DNA from: Camelus dromedarius
Taxonomy: Eukaryota
Assembly (NCBI RefSeq): GCF_036321535.1
Contig: NC_087437.1
Span: forward strand, 88,290,001-88,354,000
Reading direction: 5' to 3'
Length of the DNA: 64,000 nt
This document shows, piece by piece, positions 1 to 11,409 of this stretch; the first letter of the stretch is position 1, and every line of letters begins with the position of its first letter. The position numbers and the translations under genes were made by a program. The notes below the pieces were generated by a model. The model saw only the letters and a program-made list of their open reading frames with translations. It was not told the DNA's origin and made no database searches.

Positions 1-1683
1 TGCCTTCTTTATTGTAGACTAATTGTATTAGCATAGGTTTATTTCTGGGCTTTCTGTTCTGTTCCACTGATCTGTATCTGTTTTTGTGCCAGTACCACAC
101 TTTTTGATTACCATAGATTTGTAGTATAATTTGAAATCAGGAAGCATGATACTTCCAACTTTGTTCTTCTTCCTCAGGATTGTTTTGGCTATTTAAGGCC
201 ATTTGTGGTTCCATACAAATTTTAGGATCTAGTTCTGTGAAAAATGCCATGGGTATTTTGATAAAGATTGCATTGCATTGAATCTGTGGATTGCTTTGAG
301 TAGTATGGACATTTTAACAATGTTAATTCTTCCAATCCTTGAACATAGTGTATCTTTCTATTTATTTGTGTCTTTTTCAATTCCTTTCATCAATATCTTA
401 TAGTTTTCAGAATACAGGTCTTTCACCTCATTGGTTAAATTTATTCCTAAGTATTTTATTCTGTTTGATGCAATTACAAATGGGACTGTTTTCTAATTTC
501 TCTTTCTGATAGCTTGTTTTTAATGTATAGAAAAGCAACAGATTTCTGTATATTAATCTTGTATCTTGCAACTTTGCTGAATTCACTTATTAGTTCTAAT
601 AGTATTTTTGGTAGAGTATTTAGAGTTTTGTACCTATAATATCATGTCACTTGCAAATAGTGACACTTTTACTTCTTTTTTTCCCTATTTGGATGACTTT
701 CTTTTATCTCTTTTTCTTATCTGATTGCTATGGCTAGAACTTCCAATACTGTGTTGAACAAAAGTGGCAGGAGTGGGCTTCCATTTTTTGTTCCTGATCT
801 TAGAGGAAAAGTTTTCAGTTTTTCACCATTGAGTATATGTTAGCTATGGGTTTATCATATATGGCCTTTATTATATTGAAGTGTTTTCCCTTTATACCCA
901 CTTTATTGAGAGTTCTTTTTAAATCATAAATGGATGTTGAATTTTCTCAAATTCTTTTTCTGCATCTATTGAGATGATGATGTGATTTTTATTCTGCAGT
1001 TTGTTAATATGATATCTCATATTGATTCATTTCTAGATATCAAAACATCCTTGCATCCCTGGAATAAATCACACTTGATCATGATGCATGACCCTTTTAA
1101 TGTATTGTTGAATTTGGTTTACCACTATTTTGCTGAGGATTTTTACATCTATGTTCATCAGGGATATTGGCTTGTAATTATCTTTCTTTTTAAAATAGTA
1201 TCTTTGTCTGGTTTGGTATCAGGGTAATGTTGGCCTTGTAGAATGAATTTGGAAGTGTTCCTGCATCTTAAACATTTGGATATAATTTAAGAAGGATATG
1301 TATTAAATCTCCTTTAAATGTTTGGTAGAATTCTTCAGTGAAGCCACCAGGACCTTGTTTGTTAGGAGATTTTTAATTACTGATTCATTACTAGTAATCA
1401 GTCTGTTCAGATTTTCTATTTATTCCTGAATCAGTCTTCGAAAATTGTATGTTTCTGAGAATTACCCACTTTTTTAGGTTGTCCAATTTATTGGCATGTA
1501 ATTGTTTATAGTAGTCTCTTATTATCCTTTGTATTTCTGTGGTATTGGTTCTAGCTTCTCTTTCATTTCTGATTTTATTTATTTGGGCTCTATCTTTTTT
1601 CCTTGATGAATCTGGCTAAAGGTTTATCTATTTTGTTCATCTTTTCAAAGAACCAGATCTTAGTTTCATTGATCTTTTCTATT
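1..1683 (-). mobile_element. LINE-1 ORF2 (linker/RT region), decayed, runs off the window start
   Basis: The reverse complement reads as typical L1 ORF2 (atagaaaagatcaatgaaactaagatctggttctttgaaaag...), with many stops. Confidence 0.95.
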
Positions 1684-1882
1684 AAATATTAACAGACACT
1701 GGATCTCCCTCTCTCCACCCATCCCTCTGTGGTCCTTCCGTTGTTTGCTGTGCAGAAGCTGTTAAATCAGCCCTCAGCTCTTCCTCAGAAGGAACTGCTG
1801 GATATGTACGTGTAGATCTATGTATCCGTGGGAGGAGGTGAGTTCCGAGTTTTCTTATACCACTATCTTGGACCCCTCTTTT
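1684..1882 (-). mobile_element. LINE-1 5' UTR start (~200 bp) joined directly to the ORF2 piece
   Basis: Minus strand reads ggggtccaagatagtggtataagaaaactcggaactcacctcctcccac, an L1 5'-end motif similar to the L1 start at ~46525. Confidence 0.75.
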
Positions 1883-2511
1883 CACTTTTAAATTAAGGCC
1901 TAATATTGAATTTTGTTTCTTCAGCTCACCACTTGAGTCAAAACTTGTGCTTTTAAATTAGTGTAAAATCATTAAAACATTTATTAATTTCGCATCTCCC
2001 ATTTTCTTCTCTGAGTGGTTCAACATTGTGTATAAGTGTTTCTTGTTCTACATGACTCTTGTTCCAAGTACTCTCTAGTTGAATCAATTAGTACAGAATT
2101 ATTTATATTTTATTTTGGTTTCTTTTTCTTTTTAAAAACACAATAAATTAATCTTATTTAGAGATTTTCATTCTAGATAGTGATTTTTTAAATTATTTAT
2201 ATCCATGTTTACATGTTAGTCCTCCTAGCATCACATTTTGAAATCATTTCTACTATATCTAGAAATTTTCTACTGTTTTCTGTAAATATCATATATAAAA
2301 TCACTGTCACTCTTGACAAATAATGGATATATAGTTTCATGCTTTAAATAACTTCAAACCTTCAAGCCAATATTCTTTGTTGACATTTTCTTATAATTGT
2401 TGCATACTATGAGTTGCTATTTATTCAGTCTTCCTTCAGTTCTAATAATTATACATGTTCTTTTTTTGTACACAAGTTATATGCTTCATGTTATTTTAAT
2501 CCAGAATAATT

Positions 2512-2579
2512 GTGCTGAACACTGGAATTTGACACAACATTGTAAAATGATTATAAATCAATAAAAATGTTTAAAAAAA
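2512..2579 (+). mobile_element. Extremely 5'-truncated young L1 3' end with poly(A)
   Basis: Contains acaacattgtaaaatgattataaatcaataaaa plus an A-tail. The TSD agaataatt is at 2503-2511 and 2580-2588. Confidence 0.85.
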
Positions 2580-3202
2580 AGAATAATTAAACAAAATTAC
2601 AGGGTTTTCATCTGACCCATTCAAGTTTTCTATTTGATGAGATACTTTCCTTCTCATTTTCTAAAGAAATTAAATCTTCATTAAATTAATCATTTGTAGT
2701 GTCTTGTATGCTCAATTTAGGTTGGTTACACTTAAATAAAAGTTAGTCTCTTTAATTTTTTAGCTTTTGAAAATATAAACAAACTACTTCTCTAAAGATT
2801 TTCCCTATTTCTTCATTTTTTTTGAGCTCCATTTTTGGGTATCTTGTTATGACTCCAACTTGAACTCATGTTTAATCATCTAATAAGATGTAATTGCTTC
2901 CAAAAGTGTAAGAAATTAAGTATATTTTCATCAAAATTTATTAAAGTAAAAATAAAAGATAAAATTATTTTCACATTTGTTTTCAGAAAGTTTTTTCTTG
3001 AAATTAAAATGCAAAATGTCATTTATACATAACTAAAAATTGAGCTCAAAAGTATTTCAATAAAGTTGAAGTTCTTAATTTAGTGTTTTGAATATTGATA
3101 AATTAAATCTTATTAAATGTTTTTATAAAATAAAGCTTTTTGCAACTGTAGCATTCAATTCACACTTCATACTAAAGTGAAGTATCAAAATTACATTAAG
3201 AA

Positions 3203-3339
3203 GGGGAGGGTATAGTGCAGCGGTAAAGTGCGTGCTTAGCATGCATGAAATCCTGGGTTCAATCCCCACTACCTCCATTAAAATAAATAAATAAACAAAC
3301 AAACCTAATTACCTCCCCCTAAAAAGTTTAAAAAAAAAA
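3203..3339 (+). mobile_element. tRNA-Ala-derived SINE (camelid Vic-1-like)
   Basis: ggggagggtatagtgcagcggtaaagtgcgtgcttagcatgcatgaaatcctgggttcaatcccc, with A and B boxes, an AGC anticodon loop and an A-rich tail. Confidence 0.9.
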
Positions 3340-3559
3340 TGTTAAGTCTAGACCCACATACATACAAATTTATGCGTAATAAAGATTGCTTAATATAGTA
3401 AATTCATCGCAACTACCTTCTGCAACTTTTAAGGTTTTATGTACTAATGGGAAGTTCTTTGCTTTATAAGAATTTTTGCATTCATGCTGACAGGAAGGAG
3501 CTGACTAGTATTTATATTGTCTTTTTTTTTTTTTCCTACTTAATACTTCTGCCACTCAC

Positions 3560-3824
3560 ATCCTATTCTCATTCTCAGTTTCTGTGTCTGATGAGACAAG
3601 TCAGTCATATAATCTACAAACCTTCCCGGCATTTGGATGTAATCCTCTTTTCTTCTGGAGGACATGGGTCAAGAAATAGTTAGAAGCTATTTCCTGGAGC
3701 CTGAAGAGTTGTTAGTTGTGAGAACTGGTGTTCAGTGTTACAGGTCCTTTCAGCATTGATGTTAAATTCTGTGAAGCAGAATCCATGTTTTCTTTGATAA
3801 ATGATGTGTATGATACATGGGACT
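3560..3824 (-). pseudogene. Pseudo-exon SHVSYTSFIKENMDS...QLFRLQEIASNYFLTH...ENR (2 in-frame stops)
   Basis: Acceptor tcttttagcttttaag|, donor GAT|gtgagt; one reading frame across 265 nt with two stops. Confidence 0.55.
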
Positions 3825-4576
3825 CTTAAAAGCTAAAAGACCCAAGCCAAGAATCTCTGTTGTTTAATTCTAAGGGCAGTACTGTATTTTTTCTGATACA
3901 TAGATGAATAAATTGATCTTTTTATTTTGCCATTTTGTTTCTTTAATAGTTTAATATTAACTGTACCAAAGAGAATATTTTCATACTTCTCAAGACTTTA
4001 TTTTTAGAGAAATAGTTAAAAGAGTAATTTCAGAGTATGAAATTAAGCAGCAATAGGTTGACTATCAAATCTGGTTTTTCCCTCCTCATTTCCAAGATCA
4101 AGTCTTGCAAATTTTGGCAAACATAAAATATTTTTATTAATCATTTACTAAGTTCAATTGAGTTACTATATTCAATTCAGTTGGAAAAATTTTCAATAAA
4201 AATTTAGTCAAAAATATTGTTCTTCTCTGCTTGGCAGTGGTTGTGCAAGTGCAAATGAACTTTGACATGAATGGTAAAAAAGAAACTCCATAAAAGCAAA
4301 ATACTTTTACAGTTTTAACTGAAAGCTCTTATTCAAATTGGTTGATCTGTCAAGTTGTGCATATGGAAATTAGCCCATATGGAGATATGAAAGGCCAAAA
4401 TATAAAGGGAAGTTTTAACGACTATGTGAATAAGAGATGGTCATTATAAATTCTTCAAGAAACAAAAGGAAAATATATAGTCAAGGGATAATAAGATAAT
4501 GTAAAAATAAAGACTGCACTTAAAGAAAATTGTGAGAAAAGAGACCAGGGTCAAGAATGATGTTTATAAGCTAGTA

Positions 4577-5045
4577 TTGTTGCCAAAACATAAGAATATC
4601 AAAGGGTAAGACCACCACTCAGCAACCAAAACAAAAACACAGAGCTAAATTTATTGCTTCCTTAAGTAAGGAATACTATAGGAGTACTGGTACAGACTTC
4701 TCAGCAGAGCAAGGTAGTGATCTTATATAGTGTTTTGGGGGAAGCATGGTATTCAGGAATTGGTAAGCTTTAGAAGTGAGGTAACTCAGAAGAGAATGCT
4801 GTTATTGGCTGCTCTCAGGTTCAGGTTTACTGGAGTATGCCTGCTGCTGACTGATTAAATAGTTAAAGATTTAAGATGTGTTCTGACAATTATTTCTGAT
4901 CCTACAAAAAGACTAATTGTTTTGTACCCATGTTAACAAATAACTATCAGAAACAGTCTTCAAACTATTTTGCTATTGTTTTTTAATAAATAACTGATCA
5001 ATGGCTGGGGAAATTTCTGGGCTAAGTAATCTTTTCAGGGTAAAG
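4577..5045 (-). mobile_element. Probable old ERV LTR fragment
   Basis: Starts tgttgcc and contains tttatt (antisense poly(A) signal); LTR-like composition. Family and ends are uncertain. Confidence 0.35.
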
Positions 5046-5243
5046 ATTTTTGCTTAAAGATACATTCCAAATTTTTTATAATAACAAATAACCAAAACTT
5101 TAATTTTTTGATTAGAGTTGAGAATATGCAGTAAAAAATTCACAGATCTAAGTACTTGTAACTTTGAGACAGGGCTATGGAGAAGAAATTAAGAAATACA
5201 CCCTTTGTTGATAGGAGAGGAGATACTGTGTTATTTATCTAAC

Positions 5244-5324
5244 CTCAAATGCATTTTTATCACAAAGCGAGTTCCTGAAGATATCACTGATTTCCCTTTC
5301 AGAATTAAAAATTTCAAGGTTATT
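5244..5324 (-). pseudogene. 81-nt pseudo-exon NNLEIFNSEREISDIFRNSLCDKNAFE, still open
   Basis: Acceptor ttttttatttcttag|, donor GAG|gttaga; phase 0-0, 27 open codons. Confidence 0.55.
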
Positions 5325-5499
5325 CTAAGAAATAAAAAACAGTCTTGAGAAAAGCAAATTGAGGATTCATTAAATGCAATAAACATAGGACAATGACCAT
5401 TTTCACTCCTACAGTATCTTAAAGGCTCTTTAAAAGAAATCATCTGATTAGATTGTTTTAATTTGATTTCTAGTATATATAGTGATGTATCCATAATCA

Positions 5500-5869
5500 C
5501 AGGTTTCTCTTGCTATCTGAAAGCAGCATATTCCCATGAAAGCTTTCGTAAGCCAAAATAGCATTAAAGCAAAGAAGTAATTACCTTAGGAGACATCTTG
5601 CTAATGGAGGCGAGATAAAGCACAGATGCTCACAAAGCTATGGTGGCTTGGTGCTGAGATGCTGAGTGTAGTTCCCAGAGAAGGAGCTTGGTGGTGCCAT
5701 TCTTGAATCTTCGTGCACCATGCCTCTATAAGGCTCCCTGCAAAACAAACACTGAATGCTATTTTCCCTTTTTGCCTTTTTTTCTTAGAAGTGAAAATCC
5801 TCTCTGAGTTTCTTTTAGTTAGTAAAAACAGATACTAACATAGGTCTTTCAAAACTCAGGGGATACCTG
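5500..5869. mobile_element. Non-autonomous Tigger/MER2-group (Tc1-mariner) DNA transposon
   Basis: Imperfect TIRs caggtttctcttgctatctgaaag / caggtatcccctgagttttgaaag (reverse complement). TA at the 3' flank and CA (mutated TA) at the 5' flank. Confidence 0.8.
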
Positions 5870-6424
5870 TATTTATGAAAAGAAGATAATCTGTGTTCCT
5901 TCTTAATCTGTCTTCTGTTTATTCTGTTTGCAGAAATGGTTTGTTCTGTTTTTGTCTGTCTTCATTTTATTGGTGTCTTTTTATTACCATGTGGCATGCT
6001 AAAGTAATTTACATTAGTATTAAAATTTGACCATTTACTAATTTACTTATACAACCTGGTGAATTAGATCAGTATAGACTTTACAAGAATTTACTTGAGA
6101 AATTACTTAAACATTTACTCAAGAATTTGTCTTGATTTGGGAAATCTGAGTAGATAATTCAGACAACTTCCCTAAGATGCAAGTAAGACAATAAAATGTT
6201 TTGTCATTTTTTTCCTAAGTCCCCAAAAGGTTTTCAAATATGAAATGCTCTGAAGTTTGCTAGTTTACATTTCTGATATAAATGAGCTCTCTATGAAATT
6301 ATTTGTTATATTAGAAATTGGTCTTTTATAATAAAAAATTTTTATCAATATTTTCTTTTTCAGTCATTTAACTCAAATTTCCCTTTCTTAGTCAGCAAGT
6401 CCGCATGGTCCACAGCCTGAACAC

Positions 6425-6956
6425 TAAGTTTTGCCATTGTCTCCAGTTGCTGGAAGGTAACCTCTAAACCCTTGGAATATCTTACCAGATAAGAGTGCTT
6501 GTTCACTTGGGGTCTTGGGCCGTGCTAGATAATCTGTGTTAACAATGTGATTACCGGGAAGGTTCTGGACCATGCACTGGCAGCTTGATCTCTGGAGGGG
6601 CTGGAGACTCTGAACAATCATGTGGGTAGTCAGTGATGCCTACATGATAAATCCCCAGTAAAATCCCTGGACACCAGTGCTCAGGTGACCGTCTTTGGCC
6701 GACAACACTCTGTATGTGTTGCCGCACACCACTGCTGGGACAAATAAGCACTGTCCATGTGACTCCACTGGGAGAGGACAGTGGAAAGCTCATGCCTGAA
6801 ACTCTCTTAGACATTGCTCTATGCCCCTCTTCCCTTTGCCGATTTTAATCTGAATTCTTTCACTGTAACAAACAAGAACTATGTGGATAATGATTTTTCT
6901 TAATTCTGTGAGTCTTTCAAGCAAATTATTGAACCCATGAGGACTCCTGAACTACA
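6425..6956 (+). mobile_element. MER21-like ERVL LTR
   Basis: gactccactgggagaggacagtggaaagctc...gattttaatctg...tgtgagtctttcaagcaaattattgaaccc matches the MER21 3' half as recalled. Confidence 0.8.
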
Positions 6957-7636
6957 TAATCTGTTCCCAACTTGTGATTTTTCCTAAGTGAGGTGTATCC
7001 TGAAAGAAATCAGGGTAGTTAAAAAAAAGTCCTAAAATTATCATTACTTATAAAAACCAGTCAACCAACCAACCAACCAATCTACCACTTCTTTCAAAAG
7101 TTTTCAGGCTTAAAGAGAGGCTTATTATTGGAATTTTTATCCATAGTTTTCTGAAATTATAGGTCTATGAAACTAGATCTTATATTCTACTTCAAATTTA
7201 TAAGTAACACAAAAATATTTAATATCTTTATTCCATTTCTGAATAGAATTGAAGCAAATCGTACTAAATATTGATTCCTTGGAAGTTTGCAACTAGAATT
7301 TATATATGTTTTCTTATAAATATTTTTGCCTTCTATTATACTTTATTTCTTAGGCATACAAAGTAACTGAAATGTATTAGTTCCAGTTTTACATATATTA
7401 AGAGTAATTTTTTTGGTAAAAGATAAGTTTCTAAAGTATTGAATACTTGATTATTCTAGATTTTTAAAATTACTTTTGTACTATGTTTCTTTAGAAGTTA
7501 ATGGTAACATTTTGTGGAATAACTACAGAAAGTAACACTTCTTTTTCCAATTAATCTATTAGACTTTAAATGTGGCATGGAGTTTTTCTTAGTCCTTTGC
7601 CAGCTACAGAGCACATGCTGGGGTTCAGTTACTCAC

Positions 7637-7733
7637 AGATAAATGTAAATTCTTCCTGATACAACTTTTAAAATGAAAGGAAAAAAAATGTTAATATAGT
7701 TAAATTCACAGGTTGTGAATTTGACATATAGAC
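7637..7733 (-). pseudogene. 97-nt pseudo-exon (VYMSNSQPVNLTILTFFFLSF*KLYQEEFTFI)
   Basis: Acceptor ttattctttttag|, donor TCT|gtgagt; a 107-nt intron separates it from the upstream donor at 7840. Confidence 0.6.
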
Positions 7734-7840
7734 CTAAAAAGAATAACCCATGGGAAAGAAGGATAAGGATGATGTCTACTATTTCTGTTCTATGAACACT
7801 GACATCAATAAGAATGAGTGTATTTCTTGATATCACCTAC

Positions 7841-9411
7841 CTTCCTACAGATGACTTTCCAGATTTAGTGGATTAAATAGTATCCATCACAAACATCACA
7901 GTCTATTTTATGATTGCATTAAATACTTTCTTAAAGAGATCATCTAAATGTACTTTTGTTTTTTGCTAAATCTCTGACATCTTGATTAGTTTATAAAAGT
8001 GTGAAATAGATGGTTTCTGGCTAAGAGTGCTTTTTCTATATGCAATGATGTAAACAACAAAATAAGGCATTTTTCGTATTTCTTTTTGCAAAATAATTTT
8101 AAGTTCAAAAGAGGAATTTTAAAAACTTTAAGTCTTCTCACAAAGTGCAGGGAAATTTGATCTGACTATTCAATTTAAATTTATCAAATAATATTGGAAA
8201 TCTCTCTTTGCAGGAGATGATGAAGAACTGTCAAGAAAACTTTTGATTTAATAAAACACCATGATTGGATTTTTATAGGTCAATACCATCACATTATTAC
8301 ATACTTTCTCTGCTATTTGCTTTTTCATAAGTGAGAGAGAGAGAGACATAGAGGAATTAGAAAAGTAAATAGGGCTTTTCTTCTGAGAAGGAAATAGAGA
8401 AAACTGAATCTGAAATTAAAAGTGAAGGTCCTTCCTTCAAAACCATGAAATTCCATCAAAACCATGTGTCTCTCCTGTATTAACATTATAGGGCTGCCAG
8501 AACAAAGTATCACAAACAGCTGGCTTAAAACAATAGATATTTAGTCTCTCACAGTACTTGAGGCCAGAAGTCTTAAAACCTAGTTTCAGTGATTGGTTCC
8601 TTCTGAAGGCTCTTCGAGAGAATCTGTTCCAAGCCCCTCTCCCAGCTTCTGGTGGTTTCTGCCAATCTTTGGCATGTCTTGTCTGTAAATGCATTATTCC
8701 AATCTGTGGCTCCATTATCACATAGCGTTCTCCCTCTGTGTGCCCCTGTATCCAAATTTCCGTCCTCTTATTAGAACGTAAGTCGTTGGATTAGGACCTA
8801 CCTTCATCCACTACAACCTTATTTTAACTTGATTATACCTGCAAAGATCCTATTGCCAAATAAGGTCACATTTACAGGTTTCTGGTGGATATGAATTTTT
8901 GGAGGTCACTATTCAATCCAGAACTTCTCCAGAAGTCTTGTGATTTCGGTAATGAGTTTAGCATGAATTATCTGTAAATAATTTAGCCCTGAAGGAAAGC
9001 CATAGTTAAAGAAGCAGTGAGTCACTGGATATTAATGATAGTTTTTAGATAGTTACTTTGGTCTAGACTTTTCTTTGTTTTCTCTTTATGATACAATACT
9101 CAGCAATTATTTAATATTCATTGCTTTAGTAATTAGTAAAAAGTCTAATTCAGTGGAAAACATATTGCTTCTTAAAATGCAGTTCACTACATACTAATAA
9201 AGCCCAGCTTTTAAATCAGATGCAAACCTGTCTAGTTTGGAAGAACTTATTTCAATATCAGATATGGTCTAGGAAGGGACTAAAAAGAGCATTTTCAGTG
9301 TCAAATTTACAAATCTTAGTTTCTAAAATTACTACAAACGGTGTGCTAAAACTACAGTTGACCATCTACCCCAAATTGTAAAGTGTTAACATATCTATTT
9401 TCAAGGACAAC
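7841..9411 (-). pseudogene. Large pseudo-exonic segment(s) with the strongest RGSL1-like motifs, interrupted by MLT1
   Basis: Acceptor caaactgcag| at 9411, donor AAG|gtaggt at 7841. Motifs: NTLQFGVD; TELDF; KTIINI/VTHCFFNYGFPSGLNYLQIIHAKLITEITRLLERH; IKSFLDSSSSSPAKRDFQYYL; TKVHLDDLFKKVFNA. Internal intron boundaries are unresolved. Confidence 0.6.
8476..8925 (-). mobile_element. MLT1 (MaLR) solo LTR
   Basis: tgtatta...gggctgccagaacaaagtatcacaaac...ggcttaaaacaa...aaataaggtcacatt. The 5-bp TSD tctcc is at 8471-8475 and 8926-8930. Confidence 0.92.
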
Positions 9412-9739
9412 CTGCAGTTTGAGTAAACTTTAATAGTTGTTTACAACTACTTGAATAATTCTATAATACAAGAATTGTGTATTGGTTACTTATTTTCCTC
9501 CCTTTCATTGTGCTTTTGAGAATACTTAAAACGCATTCTTCACTGAATTACTAGAAGATATACTTATCACTGTAAGGATGATCCTCAGTATTGGTTGGTG
9601 GAGAGATACAAATTAAATATACATTAGTTGTGAAAAAAAAGACCTTTGAAGAGCTGCCTTGACCTTACCAAAACTGCCTTAGTAGTGTAACATAATACCC
9701 CTGGTCCTGTCTGATACTAAGAAGAAATACTTCTCGGAA

Positions 9740-9786
9740 TACTAAAACTATTACTAGACTAGTACTAATACTAACACTAATACTAA
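9740..9786 (+). repeat. Imperfect (TACTAA)n hexamer repeat
   Basis: tactaaaactattactagactagtactaatactaacactaatactaa. Confidence 0.7.
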
Positions 9787-10569
9787 GGCATATTCGCATA
9801 AGAGTATTTTGAAAGTATAAAGCAGTTAGAGACACAATATGAAACCAATATCAAAAAAGAGTAAAAAATAAACACAAATTCAGAGCTTTTAGATACAAGC
9901 TACTAATGGACTGAGCATTTAAAAACACTTAGAAAAGTAACAATTTTTAGGGCAAAACAAATTTATATATATACCTTTTAATAGTATAGCTTCTTGTCTC
10001 TATTGTACTGTACATCCATAAACACACAGACCGTGGCCTTTCTCCTTTCCTTGAACTATGCTTAAGTCTTTTAGAAGGGTAAGGTTTAATCATTCTATAT
10101 GTATCAACAGATAAATCCCTACATCATTACTATCAATGAGGAAAATTAAATGCAGTATTTTAGAGACATGGAGTTTGCGAGTCCAAATACCTGTGCATCA
10201 ATGAAATGAGCACTCATAGTTATACCAAGTCTAAATGTGCTCAAAAGCAAACTTCAACTAAATTGAGTAGGTTAAAACATGAATGTGAATGTGTTGATTA
10301 ATATCAATGCAATAGTTATTTTACCTCACTACTTAAATATTTGAGGTAAATATTTAATACTAAGTACACAAACAGATTGAAAGTGTGACCTATTAAAATT
10401 CCAAAATAAGAGAGACATTGTTTTAAAAATGGTTAGTCATTGATCAAACTTGTACATAATGAATGTTAAAGAAGCAGCTATACTCCTGAGAATTACTTCT
10501 CTCATGTTCTCCATATAGTTTTAAGATGTTTTTAAACCTTACCTCTTACCACTGTTTCAAAAGGTATTA

Positions 10570-11111
10570 GCTTCACGAAAGGGTAACCACCCTGAGCCCT
10601 GAACCCTGAACCCCTGAGCTGCCCCTCAATTTCCCCAGGATGACTGCCCCCACTCCTGAAACTGCCCAACCAAGGCAGCAACGCTGGGAAAGACAGGTGA
10701 TCTGAGTTCAACTCTTGGCCCTACCACTATTTGCTGTATGAACTTGAGAACTACCCTTGCCCTCTCTGGGCCTAAAATCTCCCCAGCTGACATAAGAGGA
10801 CAATAAAGGTGGCATGCGGTCTGCCTGTTCCAAGCCCTGCTCACTCATCCTCTTCAGAATCCAAGACACTGGCAATATGTGGCTATTGGAAGAGGTCACA
10901 GAGAGGAGCAAGCCCAGTTGAGGCCTCTAAGTGAACTTTAGTGTTCTGGTGGGCAAGTGCAGAGCTCTTCCGCCTTGTGGCTGCCCAGGACAAGCCTTGT
11001 AAGTAAGTTCCCTAGCTTATTAAACCTGTCATCTACCCATCTGGCATGCCCTGCCTCTTTCTTTTGTCTCTCCTTTCTTCTCCATCTACGGGGACAAACT
11101 ACTAACCAGCA
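10570..11111 (+). mobile_element. ERVL LTR (LTR40-like)
   Basis: ggcctctaagtgaac...gtaagtaagttccctagcttattaaacctg...ctgcctctttc. GC-richer island ending in ca, followed by gtggcatag. Confidence 0.6.
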
Positions 11112-11409
11112 GTGGCATAGGTGAGTGAGCCAACACGTACCTGGTGGCCCAGGATCACATTAAAGTGTTGATTTATTTAAATAATTACACTTGCAATAAA
11201 AATGATAAACAACATTTATAATAGAATACATTTAAAAATTCTTCTCTCATATTGACTAACAATTTAGCTTTTAAATGTCTGAAAATAAAGTATTTTTGAG
11301 CTCATGATTAACGTTTGGCCACACAAATTAGATATACTGTTTCTTGCCACTGATTTCACTAAAACCTGTTACAAAGGTTTATTTATTTATTTATCTTCTT
11401 ATGTTTATT

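Noticed and set aside
3203..3277. tRNA-Ala gene (also 34690-34765)
   Set aside because: Mismatched stems, A-rich tails and a TSD show these are SINEs, not functional tRNAs.
5934..5938. Apparent + strand 5-nt microexon, or a TM-like terminal exon (KWFVLFLSVFILLVSFYYHVAC*)
   Set aside because: The pyrimidine tract is explained as the complement of a purine-rich minus-strand pseudo-exon, the donor is weak, and T-rich DNA gives hydrophobic peptides by default.
8214..8256. + strand terminal exon GDDEELSRKLLI* followed by AATAAA
   Set aside because: It overlaps the antisense of the RGS-like motif IKSFLDSSSSSPAKRDF, and AATAAA is common in this AT-rich DNA.
10536..10570. Tandem minus-strand donors (GTG|gtaaga, GAG|gtaagg) next to the LTR40-like element
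   Set aside because: They could end another pseudo-exon, but I could not reconstruct an acceptor or a protein motif.
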